From a virus (Duplodnaviria > Caudoviricetes), in the IMG/VR virus record IMGVR_UViG_3300038679_000051, positions 192,001 to 256,000 of that record: a stretch of 64,000 nucleotides of DNA; one strand, given 5' to 3'. A model generated the notes under the pieces. The model was not told where the DNA came from, ran no database searches, and saw only the letters and a program-made list of their open reading frames with translations. A program made the translations under genes and the position numbers. The stretch's first letter is position 1. The number at the start of each line of letters is the position of its first letter. This document shows, piece after piece, positions 19,962 to 28,624 of the stretch.

Positions 19962-21041
19962 ATGGAAAAGATCAAGGACCTGTTGGGAAAGATTGGTGCT
20001 AGTAAGCAGTTGCAGGAAGCATTGATCGTTGAACTTGACAATTTCGTCAAGACAACTGAGGCGAAGTACGAGAAGTTGTTTAAAGAGCGCAAAGAAAAGG
20101 CCGTCAAGGTTTGTACGGAAGAAGTTGAGAACTACAAACGTGAATTGGCCGGAAAAGTTGCGGTCTTTCTTGAGAGCAAACAGGCTCAAATGGCTCGTGC
20201 GAATGAGAAGCAGCTTGCGTTGGAAGGATCAGAGGCCGCTGACAAGCTAAGCAGGGTTAAAGCTGTCGTCGAAGGCATCAAATTGAATGATGCCGGTGCC
20301 GTTACCAACGAAAATAAGCAGCTCCATGAGCGTGCCCTGGCCCTTGAGCAAGCCAATGCTCGCTTGATTGCCGAACGTGACCTGACCACCAAACGAGCAG
20401 TTCGTGCCCAGACGATTGCTAATGATGTGTTGAAGGCGAATCGTTTACTGGAATCGAAGCTCCAAAAGGGTGAGACGGTTAAAGAGGAGTTCAACACAAA
20501 GGTTTTGTCAGTAGATGAGAAACAACATCTATTGGCTGACCTGCGTGATGTTCTTGCTGGCCAAGGTGGCACGGAAGAGATGAAGAGTAAGCTTCAGAAT
20601 ATGGTTACCAATTTAGAAACTGAATTGGAACCTGAAGCCAAAGTCGGCGGTGAAGATGTGACTGGTGCTGTTGCTGAAGCTGACACTGAAGCTGGCACTG
20701 AAGTTGCTGCTGAAGCTGGTACTGAAGCTGGTACTGAAGCTGTTGCTGAAGCTGGCGCTGGAGCTGGCGCTGAAGTTGCTGCTGAAGCTGACGATGAAAT
20801 TGCAGGGGTTGCTGACAGCATGGATGCTGACGATGATGCCAAAGAGCATCCAGTACTGCCGTCAAAACTCAGCGGTTCACCGCCGTTCGACGGAGAAGTT
20901 GTCGAATTCGCGGACAAGAAGGCTGGCAAAGTGGTTACAGAGAGTTTGAAATCTCTACGCACCAAACCAGCTACCACCATCAAAACAAAAGCCAAAACGG
21001 CGGTCGATCCGATCAGTGCCATTGCTGATATGGTCGATTAA
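19962..21041 (+). CDS. Prohead core scaffold protein (T4 gp22-like)
   Basis: Long coiled coil directly upstream of MCP; AAGGAG RBS before ATG 19962; multiple x-x-E-S/A sites. Confidence 0.8.
   Translation: MEKIKDLLGKIGASKQLQEALIVELDNFVKTTEAKYEKLFKERKEKAVKVCTEEVENYKRELAGKVAVFLESKQAQMARANEKQLALEGSEAADKLSRVKAVVEGIKLNDAGAVTNENKQLHERALALEQANARLIAERDLTTKRAVRAQTIANDVLKANRLLESKLQKGETVKEEFNTKVLSVDEKQHLLADLRDVLAGQGGTEEMKSKLQNMVTNLETELEPEAKVGGEDVTGAVAEADTEAGTEVAAEAGTEAGTEAVAEAGAGAGAEVAAEADDEIAGVADSMDADDDAKEHPVLPSKLSGSPPFDGEVVEFADKKAGKVVTESLKSLRTKPATTIKTKAKTAVDPISAIADMVD
20673..20798 (+). repeat. Imperfect in-frame tandem repeat (GCTGAAGCTGG) encoding AEAG/TEAG/TEVA
   Basis: About ten 12-nt-period units in scaffold gene. 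Confidence 0.85.
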
Positions 21042-21068
21042 CCACCCCCATGGGTGAAAGGACATAAC

Positions 21069-22592
21069 ATGTCGCAAACGCTTACAGAAGCACGCGAGAC
21101 GATGCTTCTTCAAGAGAGTAAAAAGAATCAGATCGTAGAGAAGTGGATGCCGGTTCTTAAGAAGATGCCGGAAGTCGGCAAACGCAAAGTGGCATTGATT
21201 GCGACTTTGCTTGAGAACCAGCACAATTCGATGAATGCCAGGCGTTCCAGCTCGTTGTTGAGCGAAGAGACCACCACCACCAACAACGTTGCGGATTTTA
21301 CCCGGTTTGCTCTGCCGTTGATCCGCAAGTCGTTCCCTCGGTTGATTGCTGACAATTTGGTCGGCGTACAGCCGATGTCAACTCCAGCCAGTTTGATCTT
21401 CTACATCCGCTATCGTTATGGTCTGAATAAAGGCCAGACGGTTGCTGGTACGCAGATCATGCGCCAAAATACGGCCAACCAATTTGCTCGTCAAAATGGT
21501 TGGGCGTTGGACCCCTACTACAGCAGCCAGACCGTTCGGAAAGAAACTCTGACGGTCAGCGGTGGTGGTTTGGTCATTTCTGGTACGTTGTTGCACAAGC
21601 CTGTCCTCGCTGGTACGGTCGTCGTAAGCGTCTATCCAGATGCTGATACGGCTTGCACCGAAGCCGATCCTTGCTTGCAGGTCATTTTTGATAGCAATGG
21701 TGAAGCTTCTACCGTGTTGGTTGGTACTGGTTCAAGTTGTCCTTCTTTCGTGGTTGATGCTGGCGTTACTACTACGCATTTCGATCACGATACGGCTTCC
21801 GTCCAAATCACTCTGACCGGCACGGCCATCCCAGCTGGGTATGTTGCGTATGCCGATTATGAATATGATTTGGAAAACAATCCATTCCAGCCAGAAGTGA
21901 CGTTGAGCATTGATTCCGACAGCGTTTCTGCTTCTACTCGAAAGTTGAAAACCTCTTGGTCCATCGAAGCTGCACAGGATCTTAAGAGCGTTCACAACAT
22001 CGACGCAGAATCTACGTTGACGGATCTGATGGCCGATGAAATGGTTGCGGAAATCGACCGCGAAATCATCAACGATTTGATCATCGCTGCTGCGATTCGT
22101 GCGAATCACAATTTTGCCACCGCTGCCGGAGCATCCGTGAATTTCACTGACCGGAACATTGCGTTGCTCTATAAGACGCTGGAAGTCGCCAACATCATCC
22201 ACAGAACCACTCTTCGTGGTCCGGCCAATTGGATGGTTACGTCGGCTGACATCAGCTCTAAGTTTGAACAACTCAACGATTTCCGTGGCAGTGATGCATT
22301 GGCGGAAGACGGAATTGACGTTGGCATCGTCAAAGCTGGCACGATTCAAGGCAAGTTGAAACTCTACAAGGATCCGTTGTTCCCCAACTGCAAAATCCTG
22401 TTGGGCTTCAAAGGTTCTTCGGTGCTTGATAGCGGATACTTCTACGCACCTTACATTCCGCTTCTGAGCACTCCTACCGTGTTGGATCCGAACAGCTTCA
22501 CGCCCAATAAAGGGATCATGACTCGGTATGGCAAGAAACTGATCGAGGATGGTTCGTTGTTCTACGGCACGATCAATGTAACAAATCTATAA
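21069..22592 (+). CDS. Major capsid protein (T4 gp23-like)
   Basis: LVGVQPMSTPASLIF, STRKLKTSWSIEAAQDL, AEIDREII, YFYAPYIPL, GIMTRYG. Confidence 0.97.
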   Translation: MSQTLTEARETMLLQESKKNQIVEKWMPVLKKMPEVGKRKVALIATLLENQHNSMNARRSSSLLSEETTTTNNVADFTRFALPLIRKSFPRLIADNLVGVQPMSTPASLIFYIRYRYGLNKGQTVAGTQIMRQNTANQFARQNGWALDPYYSSQTVRKETLTVSGGGLVISGTLLHKPVLAGTVVVSVYPDADTACTEADPCLQVIFDSNGEASTVLVGTGSSCPSFVVDAGVTTTHFDHDTASVQITLTGTAIPAGYVAYADYEYDLENNPFQPEVTLSIDSDSVSASTRKLKTSWSIEAAQDLKSVHNIDAESTLTDLMADEMVAEIDREIINDLIIAAAIRANHNFATAAGASVNFTDRNIALLYKTLEVANIIHRTTLRGPANWMVTSADISSKFEQLNDFRGSDALAEDGIDVGIVKAGTIQGKLKLYKDPLFPNCKILLGFKGSSVLDSGYFYAPYIPLLSTPTVLDPNSFTPNKGIMTRYGKKLIEDGSLFYGTINVTNL

Positions 22593-22606
22593 CGAGTCAC
22601 AATGTT

Positions 22607-22831
22607 TTACACTAAGAGCCAGGATATCCTGGCTCTTAGTGTATTTATGTGTACGCAAGAAACGGTGCTACCATTGGCTACTACGGTGATTACTCCCATA
22701 AATGAACCATTCGCGCCGTTTTTTGTTCCGGCCAACCATGGAAGCCCACAATGATTGGCTTCTACATAACCAGTCCCTGGCACTTCATCACCTGGCTCAA
22801 GAACATTCGTTCCGTCTTCTAAATTCATCAT
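22607..22831 (-). CDS. Hypothetical protein
   Basis: 74-aa ORF with GAAAGGA RBS. Confidence 0.55.
   Translation of the reverse strand: MMNLEDGTNVLEPGDEVPGTGYVEANHCGLPWLAGTKNGANGSFMGVITVVANGSTVSCVHINTLRARISWLLV
22608..22643. repeat. Perfect 36-bp palindrome at convergence of MCP and minus-strand genes (terminator/cruciform candidate)
   Basis: tacactaagagccaggatatcctggctcttagtgta equals its reverse complement. Confidence 0.85.
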
Positions 22832-22832
22832 T

Positions 22833-23756
22833 TTATTTCCTTTCTACTTCCGGTTTGGACTCTTGTTGTATTTGTATACTTCGCTTTTCGACGATTGTGC
22901 TGCCCACTCGTTTTAATCGTTTCCATTCATCGTCCACACACCACTTACACCTCACCTTGTTTATTCGTCCTTTGCAGAAATAAATTTTGTGGCCCTTGCG
23001 CAACGTTCTGGATATGCGCGGTGGTTTCAATTTAGTCAACGTCGCTACAGTCTCTATCATTGATTTCATTGTGTGTTCACCATCAATGTTCAATAAAGCA
23101 TCTTCGATCACACCAATCGTACGCATGGACGCAGAATTTAATGCTTTGACTCCTGGCCATGGTCTAGCATTGAAATTGTCTAATTTAGAACTAATGCCAG
23201 ACATTTTGTTTCTGATCGCAATAATTGATATTTTTATTAATTGTCGTATACGTTCTCTGCTAATATTATGAATCTCGCCTATTTGTCTAAGATTCATACG
23301 TTGGCATAAAATGCCATAATAACGTTTAATCATGTCTGTTTGTCGTTCAGGCAATGAATCAATCATAGACAGTATGTCGTCGAATCGTTCTAGACCGTGG
23401 ATTGTGCGGGCTGTGTTTAGAGATCTATAATCATACAATATGTCGTCGGATGGTTCTAATCCCATTGATAACAATTGTGGTGATTTACTCGTACGCACCA
23501 TGCCAATTTGACGTAATTGCTGTTTGATGCTAGTATATAATCGTTGCCGTGCCCAAAAGAATGCATATGTCGAGAATTTGCCCAATTCTGGATTATAACG
23601 TTCAGCTGCAGTGATTATACCTATTGATGCTTCGGCAATGCAATCGTGTCTATTCATACCAGCTAATCGTCTCAGACCATAGAAATGGTGTCTAACTATT
23701 TCGATAGCTACCCAGTGATGGTCCTCTACCAGTTTCTGTTGGTCTCTTGTCAGCAT
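22833..23756 (-). CDS. Sigma70-family RNA polymerase sigma factor
   Basis: Region 2 DCIAEASIGIITAAERYNPELGKFSTYAFFWARQ; region 4 LPERQ...MNLRQIGEIHNISRERIRQ; start uncertain (23756/23816). Confidence 0.9.
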   Translation of the reverse strand: MLTRDQQKLVEDHHWVAIEIVRHHFYGLRRLAGMNRHDCIAEASIGIITAAERYNPELGKFSTYAFFWARQRLYTSIKQQLRQIGMVRTSKSPQLLSMGLEPSDDILYDYRSLNTARTIHGLERFDDILSMIDSLPERQTDMIKRYYGILCQRMNLRQIGEIHNISRERIRQLIKISIIAIRNKMSGISSKLDNFNARPWPGVKALNSASMRTIGVIEDALLNIDGEHTMKSMIETVATLTKLKPPRISRTLRKGHKIYFCKGRINKVRCKWCVDDEWKRLKRVGSTIVEKRSIQIQQESKPEVERK

Positions 23757-23876
23757 ATGCCTCTCACAATCTATCGACGTCGATTTTCTCGTTTTATTTT
23801 TATCGTTACTCCTCATTTTGTAAATGTCGAGCAAAAATTGTAGTATTTGAGGAAATAAACATGGGGGCAAAGATCA

Positions 23877-24182
23877 ATGGAATACCAGACGTTGGTTAAT
23901 GAAGTCAAGAGGCTTAGCATTAGAATAGCCAAGTTGGAATCTGTCGGGTTTGATGACTCAGATGACGTTTATGAATTTGTTGAACCACATGTTACTGGTG
24001 GACGTTGTGTCGTTAGATTGCAGCGTAAGACGATAATAAATAATATGCGCACATGTGAACAACACAAAACTAAAAGGAAACTAACAACCGATGACGAATT
24101 GGTTGATGAATTTTGTACGACACATTATGCCTATAAGATCAAATCTTCTAAATCATTTACGATGCGACATAATGTGATATGA
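23877..24182 (+). CDS. Hypothetical protein
   Basis: 101-aa ORF. Confidence 0.55.
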   Translation: MEYQTLVNEVKRLSIRIAKLESVGFDDSDDVYEFVEPHVTGGRCVVRLQRKTIINNMRTCEQHKTKRKLTTDDELVDEFCTTHYAYKIKSSKSFTMRHNVI

Positions 24183-24204
24183 TGGTCATGAGGAGGAAAT
24201 TTCC

Positions 24205-24489
24205 ATGCAGAGTGAATTTTTGAGTGATCAAAGTGAATGTACGACAGAAACAATAAAGCAGATCATTGATGCGGTGCGTAGGTCGCCACGTTTGTCTAAA
24301 ATTGTCAGTAAGCATCAAGATGAGATAATAATAAAAGCGATTTCTGATGAATCTATATTATTTTATAACATCATCACATTTATGGTTGATCCAAAATTGT
24401 CAATCAGGAGAATCAGTGAACTACAAGCCAATCAATCTATGGATCCAGCGGTCCGTCTAGAGAAATGGCTGAAGGATCGGCAATCTTAG
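24205..24489 (+). CDS. Hypothetical protein
   Basis: 94-aa ORF, GAGGAGG RBS. Confidence 0.65.
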   Translation: MQSEFLSDQSECTTETIKQIIDAVRRSPRLSKIVSKHQDEIIIKAISDESILFYNIITFMVDPKLSIRRISELQANQSMDPAVRLEKWLKDRQS

Positions 24490-24515
24490 TATTTCAAAAA
24501 TAGAAAGGAGAAACC

Positions 24516-25283
24516 ATGAATAAATTAGGAAATGCGAAAAAATTCGTAGCACAGGCTATGGGCAGTTTAGGTCGAATTTGGGAGATGGTTCCAAATTCTG
24601 AGGATAATTTTTTCTGGATGTCGATGATGCATGTCGACGGTAGGATAATAACGGCAGATTTCTCCGCATTATTTAATAACGTTCCAGATGACGTTAATCC
24701 AAGGCAAGCTAAAGAAATTATTTCTGATGCCATCAACATTGTGACTTATGAACATAAAATAATGGAAGCCGTCATATGTTATAATTCGACAATCTCACCA
24801 TATCACAATACATATGGTTCGAGCACCGTGGTGGCGTTCAATTATCATGGAATTCTGGGGCAGAAATTCAATTTCCGGCCAATTTGTATCATCGACGATA
24901 TGAAGATCAGCGATAGACCATATTTAGGTAAATGTGACAAACCAATAGGCGACGTGACGAAATGGATGGATGCTAAGCCGGATTTGTTCAGAGATTTGGT
25001 GCCACATCAAAAGGTTAGATTGGACATAACTCAACACGAGGATCGATGGTATCTTAGCGTGTGTGATTTAGCACCAAAAGTTCTGCCGAATGCGACTGTC
25101 AATGGTTTTAAATCTAGATTTGAGGCCATCGAACATATAAAGATGATTGAGGAAGTAATGCAAACGTACAACGCAGAAAAAAGCGTTTTGCAAAAAATAA
25201 ATCGTGAATTTTACGCAGAGAGAAAACGGCGTTGTCCAATCAAGATGGGGATAAATTATGGCGGAATTGATAAACCTTGGTAA
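24516..25283 (+). CDS. Hypothetical protein
   Basis: 255-aa ORF, AAAGGAG RBS. Confidence 0.7.
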   Translation: MNKLGNAKKFVAQAMGSLGRIWEMVPNSEDNFFWMSMMHVDGRIITADFSALFNNVPDDVNPRQAKEIISDAINIVTYEHKIMEAVICYNSTISPYHNTYGSSTVVAFNYHGILGQKFNFRPICIIDDMKISDRPYLGKCDKPIGDVTKWMDAKPDLFRDLVPHQKVRLDITQHEDRWYLSVCDLAPKVLPNATVNGFKSRFEAIEHIKMIEEVMQTYNAEKSVLQKINREFYAERKRRCPIKMGINYGGIDKPW

Positions 25284-25815
25284 TGGCAAAATAGTATATG
25301 TGACGTTTTCTGATGAGTCGGAGAGGCGTGATTTCGATAACATTAAAATTAAAGACAATTTATTGACTGCGTATAGATGGTGGTTGGGAAGACATAAAAA
25401 GAAATCATCCAAAACGAATAAAACACCCAAAACACCACCTAAAACGCCGCCATCATTATTTGACGATGTTCAGGTTCCTTTTAAAAAGAAGTTGAGAGCG
25501 ATAATGGAGGAACCGCATATGTTTTGGTATCCGAAGCCAGACACACCAATCACCATACCGGGAACTGACATGTCATTCAAATTTGGTTTTGATCTGCGTT
25601 TGGAGAGATGGGCACCACATCTCTATAATGATTATTTGCGGGCGATTACGAGAGAAGGCATAGTCGGTAATACTCCAGGCGGGTGGCAATATATGGTATT
25701 GCCACCGGGGAAAAATCCTATTTTTAGACCAGCGACCGCAGATGAAGTCGAGCGATGTCTGAAGCTTCCGGATGAATGGCTACAGCGCATCGTGATTGAT
25801 GATTGGGGTGATTAA
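25258..25815 (+). CDS. Hypothetical protein
   Basis: 185-aa ORF in operon. Confidence 0.6.
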   Translation: MAELINLGNGKIVYVTFSDESERRDFDNIKIKDNLLTAYRWWLGRHKKKSSKTNKTPKTPPKTPPSLFDDVQVPFKKKLRAIMEEPHMFWYPKPDTPITIPGTDMSFKFGFDLRLERWAPHLYNDYLRAITREGIVGNTPGGWQYMVLPPGKNPIFRPATADEVERCLKLPDEWLQRIVIDDWGD

Positions 25816-26050
25816 GATGATGGTATGTAAGATAATTGAAGAGAGTTCTGATGGACATGTCAGAATCACACGCGGGGATAATTTTTTGATTGTAGGTGGT
25901 AGTGAAGAATCACATGTGTCATTACAAAACACAATCATGACGTTGAGTGATAAATTAAATGATAGAGATTTATCATCGCCTGAAATAGTGGAAATCCTAA
26001 ATGAATTGAATTTTGGCGACATTAAGTCGGTCGAATCGATCGATTTATAG
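25796..26050 (+). CDS. Hypothetical protein
   Basis: 84-aa ORF in operon. Confidence 0.5.
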   Translation: MMIGVIKMMVCKIIEESSDGHVRITRGDNFLIVGGSEESHVSLQNTIMTLSDKLNDRDLSSPEIVEILNELNFGDIKSVESIDL

Positions 26051-26087
26051 AGTTAATCTTGCTGTCGTTCCATAGTATTTCAACGAC

Positions 26088-27086
26088 ATGCTAGAAATGA
26101 CTTCTGAACATATCAAGAATTGGGTCGCTAAGCATTTTGAGTATAAATCAAACGACAAGCAGATTAGGATTTGTAATCCCGCAGATCCAGACGACAAAGA
26201 ATTCAAATTATATATTTCCCTTCGTAAAACTAAATCTCGACGATCGGAGAAAACCAACTTTTGGGTGCACGATTTTAGGCCGAATCATGGTTGTTATGAT
26301 GGGTCATTCTTAAATTTTGTCGCTAAGTACAAGCAGATTACATTTAAACAGGCAGTCAGGGAAGTTGTTGGCGCACGATCGTTTTTAATTAAAAAGGATA
26401 AAGAAGAAGACAAAGAAGAAACGATCACATTGCGTGAGATGAAAGGGTTGTCTTTGCCAGAGGGGGCAATTAGGATAGATGGTTCTGACGATCCGATACA
26501 AAAAATGGCATTGGTGTTCCTAAAGAAACGTGGGTTCTCCACGATTGATGCTATGAAATATGATTTACATTATACGATTGGTTCGATCATATTCATATAT
26601 CGTGAATTTGGTAGAGTTGTGCATTGGCAGCAGCGGTCATTATTAGGTAAGACTTTCAATTTTCCAGATGCCAGCAAGAAGGGTGACCATTTGTTTGGTT
26701 ATGACTTATGTAATGATAATTCTCCGATTGGAATCACAGAGGCAGCATTTGGTGCGATGGCTTTGGGACCAGGAGTTACAGCTTCCGGTGGGGCGTCGCT
26801 GACTGAGAACATCGTTAAATTGTTGAGAAAGAAAAACCCAAGCAGGATCATACTAACTCCAGACAATGATAAAGCTGGAATTAAATCATTAAAATCAAAT
26901 TGGAAGATATTGATAAAACATTTTGATAACATATATTATTGTTTACCGCCGAAAATGCCAGAAAAGAAGGATTGGAATGACGCAATGTTATTGTTTGGGC
27001 GTGATGCTATTAGGTCTTTTTACTCTGATCATCAGCGGTTGTTGACAATAGGGGAGATATCGAAGCCACGTCTATTTCCTTTATGA
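26088..27086 (+). CDS. DNA primase (DnaG/T4 gp61-like, Toprim)
   Basis: FKQAV after degenerate Zn-binding region; FLKKRGF; ITEAAFGA; PDNDKAG; KDWND. Confidence 0.8.
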   Translation: MLEMTSEHIKNWVAKHFEYKSNDKQIRICNPADPDDKEFKLYISLRKTKSRRSEKTNFWVHDFRPNHGCYDGSFLNFVAKYKQITFKQAVREVVGARSFLIKKDKEEDKEETITLREMKGLSLPEGAIRIDGSDDPIQKMALVFLKKRGFSTIDAMKYDLHYTIGSIIFIYREFGRVVHWQQRSLLGKTFNFPDASKKGDHLFGYDLCNDNSPIGITEAAFGAMALGPGVTASGGASLTENIVKLLRKKNPSRIILTPDNDKAGIKSLKSNWKILIKHFDNIYYCLPPKMPEKKDWNDAMLLFGRDAIRSFYSDHQRLLTIGEISKPRLFPL

Positions 27087-27351
27087 TTTCACAATTATTT
27101 TGTTTTGCAGTTCGATATGCCTGTCTAAAAGAGTCTGGAATTGATTCCTTCATCCATTTAATGATATCGCTGGCATCTAATCTATCTAATGTCTGTGCGT
27201 TGGATCTTATTAAATTTACATCTCTTTGCGAAATATATTTTGAATCAAGATAAGCAATTAGGCCGTTTTCGTTCTTGATAAATAAACCTAGGCGGAGGGT
27301 TTCCTTTTCTCCAGCTTTGTGTTTAATGTGCATCAATTGCATGAGGAACAA
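27010..27351 (-). CDS. Hypothetical protein
   Basis: 113-aa ORF. Confidence 0.5.
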   Translation of the reverse strand: MFLMQLMHIKHKAGEKETLRLGLFIKNENGLIAYLDSKYISQRDVNLIRSNAQTLDRLDASDIIKWMKESIPDSFRQAYRTAKQNNCEIIKEIDVASISPLLSTTADDQSKKT

Positions 27352-27356
27352 TCTCC

Positions 27357-28595
27357 ATGGGTGATCCTAAAAAGACGCAGGGACCAACGGTTAAAATACT
27401 AGTTGAGGGCTTGGATGGTGAACCAAATTTTGCTTATTTCGAATGGATGGCTATGGCAAATGGCGGTTATATTGTGCGGGCGAGAATACATGATCCATAT
27501 CTAAATTTCCTCGATAAGATTGCAAAAATTTTATTACAGAAAGCAAGAAGTGATAAGGTTGAGGTAAAATTCAAAATCAAATGGGTTGATGGAGATGAAA
27601 CAGAGGAAATTAAGGCATGGGTAGTGGACGTTACAGTACCACAAGGAAATGCAGCATATGCCGAAACTGAAATTATAGCGATTGATCCTCCAAGCTGGGC
27701 GCTGAATGCCGGACAAAGCCTCGGTAAGATGTATAAAGGTAATGTCACTAGTGTCATTAGGCAAGTCATAGATGATCATAAGTTTGGTGGTGCACCTAAT
27801 TTGCAGAAAATTACTGAGACAAAAGACGACAAGAATAACCAGTGGTGGATTATGCGACAAGATCCCAAGACGTTTATACAGATGTTGCTCGATTGGTCAT
27901 CATCAGTAACGCCACAGAAAACAAATTGGGTTACAAATTGTAAGAATTATGACATGAACATTGTCGAACAAGCCGACCTACCAGACAAAAATTTTGGTAC
28001 TTATAAGGTTAACATAGAGAATTGGGGTGCCGCTACTGATGTTAATAGCTCTAGTGGATTTACATTGCAATCTGATACGTTGTTGTCACTTTGGCAGACT
28101 GAACTACATACCCAAGGATTGTCTGCGGTGTCTGGAAAATATTATGACAGAATAACTTCAAAAGATGATGTCATCGTAAAAGATGAGAACACAGGAGCAA
28201 AAATCAATTCCTCTTGTAAGTCTGAAGAGTCGTTTCAAAAGCCAGGACAAAAATGGTCGACGAGTTTATTGGGCATACCTGAACACAATGCTGGCGATGT
28301 TGGCATTAAATATGGGAAATATGTTGATGGGAAATCCAGGAATATGTATATCAGTCAATTAAATTTGATGCATCGGATTTGTGTCAGCGTACGTGGCGAC
28401 GCAAAAGTTACTGATCCGCTTGGTTTGGATGGTACGTCATGTAATTTCCTGTGGATCAATGAAAAAGGACAGAATTATTGGTTAGGTGGCAAATGGATAG
28501 TATATGGTTTCCACCATAAAGTATCTAGGGAGAATTGGACGACAGATCTATACTGTCGCAGATATGACTATAATGCGGCGGCGCAAAAGCGATGA
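27357..28595 (+). CDS. Baseplate hub-like protein (T4 gp27/phage D-like)
   Basis: YKGNVTSVIRQVI, WWIMRQDPKTFI, GKWIVYGFHHKV; leads tail operon. Confidence 0.6.
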   Translation: MGDPKKTQGPTVKILVEGLDGEPNFAYFEWMAMANGGYIVRARIHDPYLNFLDKIAKILLQKARSDKVEVKFKIKWVDGDETEEIKAWVVDVTVPQGNAAYAETEIIAIDPPSWALNAGQSLGKMYKGNVTSVIRQVIDDHKFGGAPNLQKITETKDDKNNQWWIMRQDPKTFIQMLLDWSSSVTPQKTNWVTNCKNYDMNIVEQADLPDKNFGTYKVNIENWGAATDVNSSSGFTLQSDTLLSLWQTELHTQGLSAVSGKYYDRITSKDDVIVKDENTGAKINSSCKSEESFQKPGQKWSTSLLGIPEHNAGDVGIKYGKYVDGKSRNMYISQLNLMHRICVSVRGDAKVTDPLGLDGTSCNFLWINEKGQNYWLGGKWIVYGFHHKVSRENWTTDLYCRRYDYNAAAQKR

Positions 28596-28624
28596 TTCAA
28601 ACTTAGTAAAGATGGAGATGAAAC

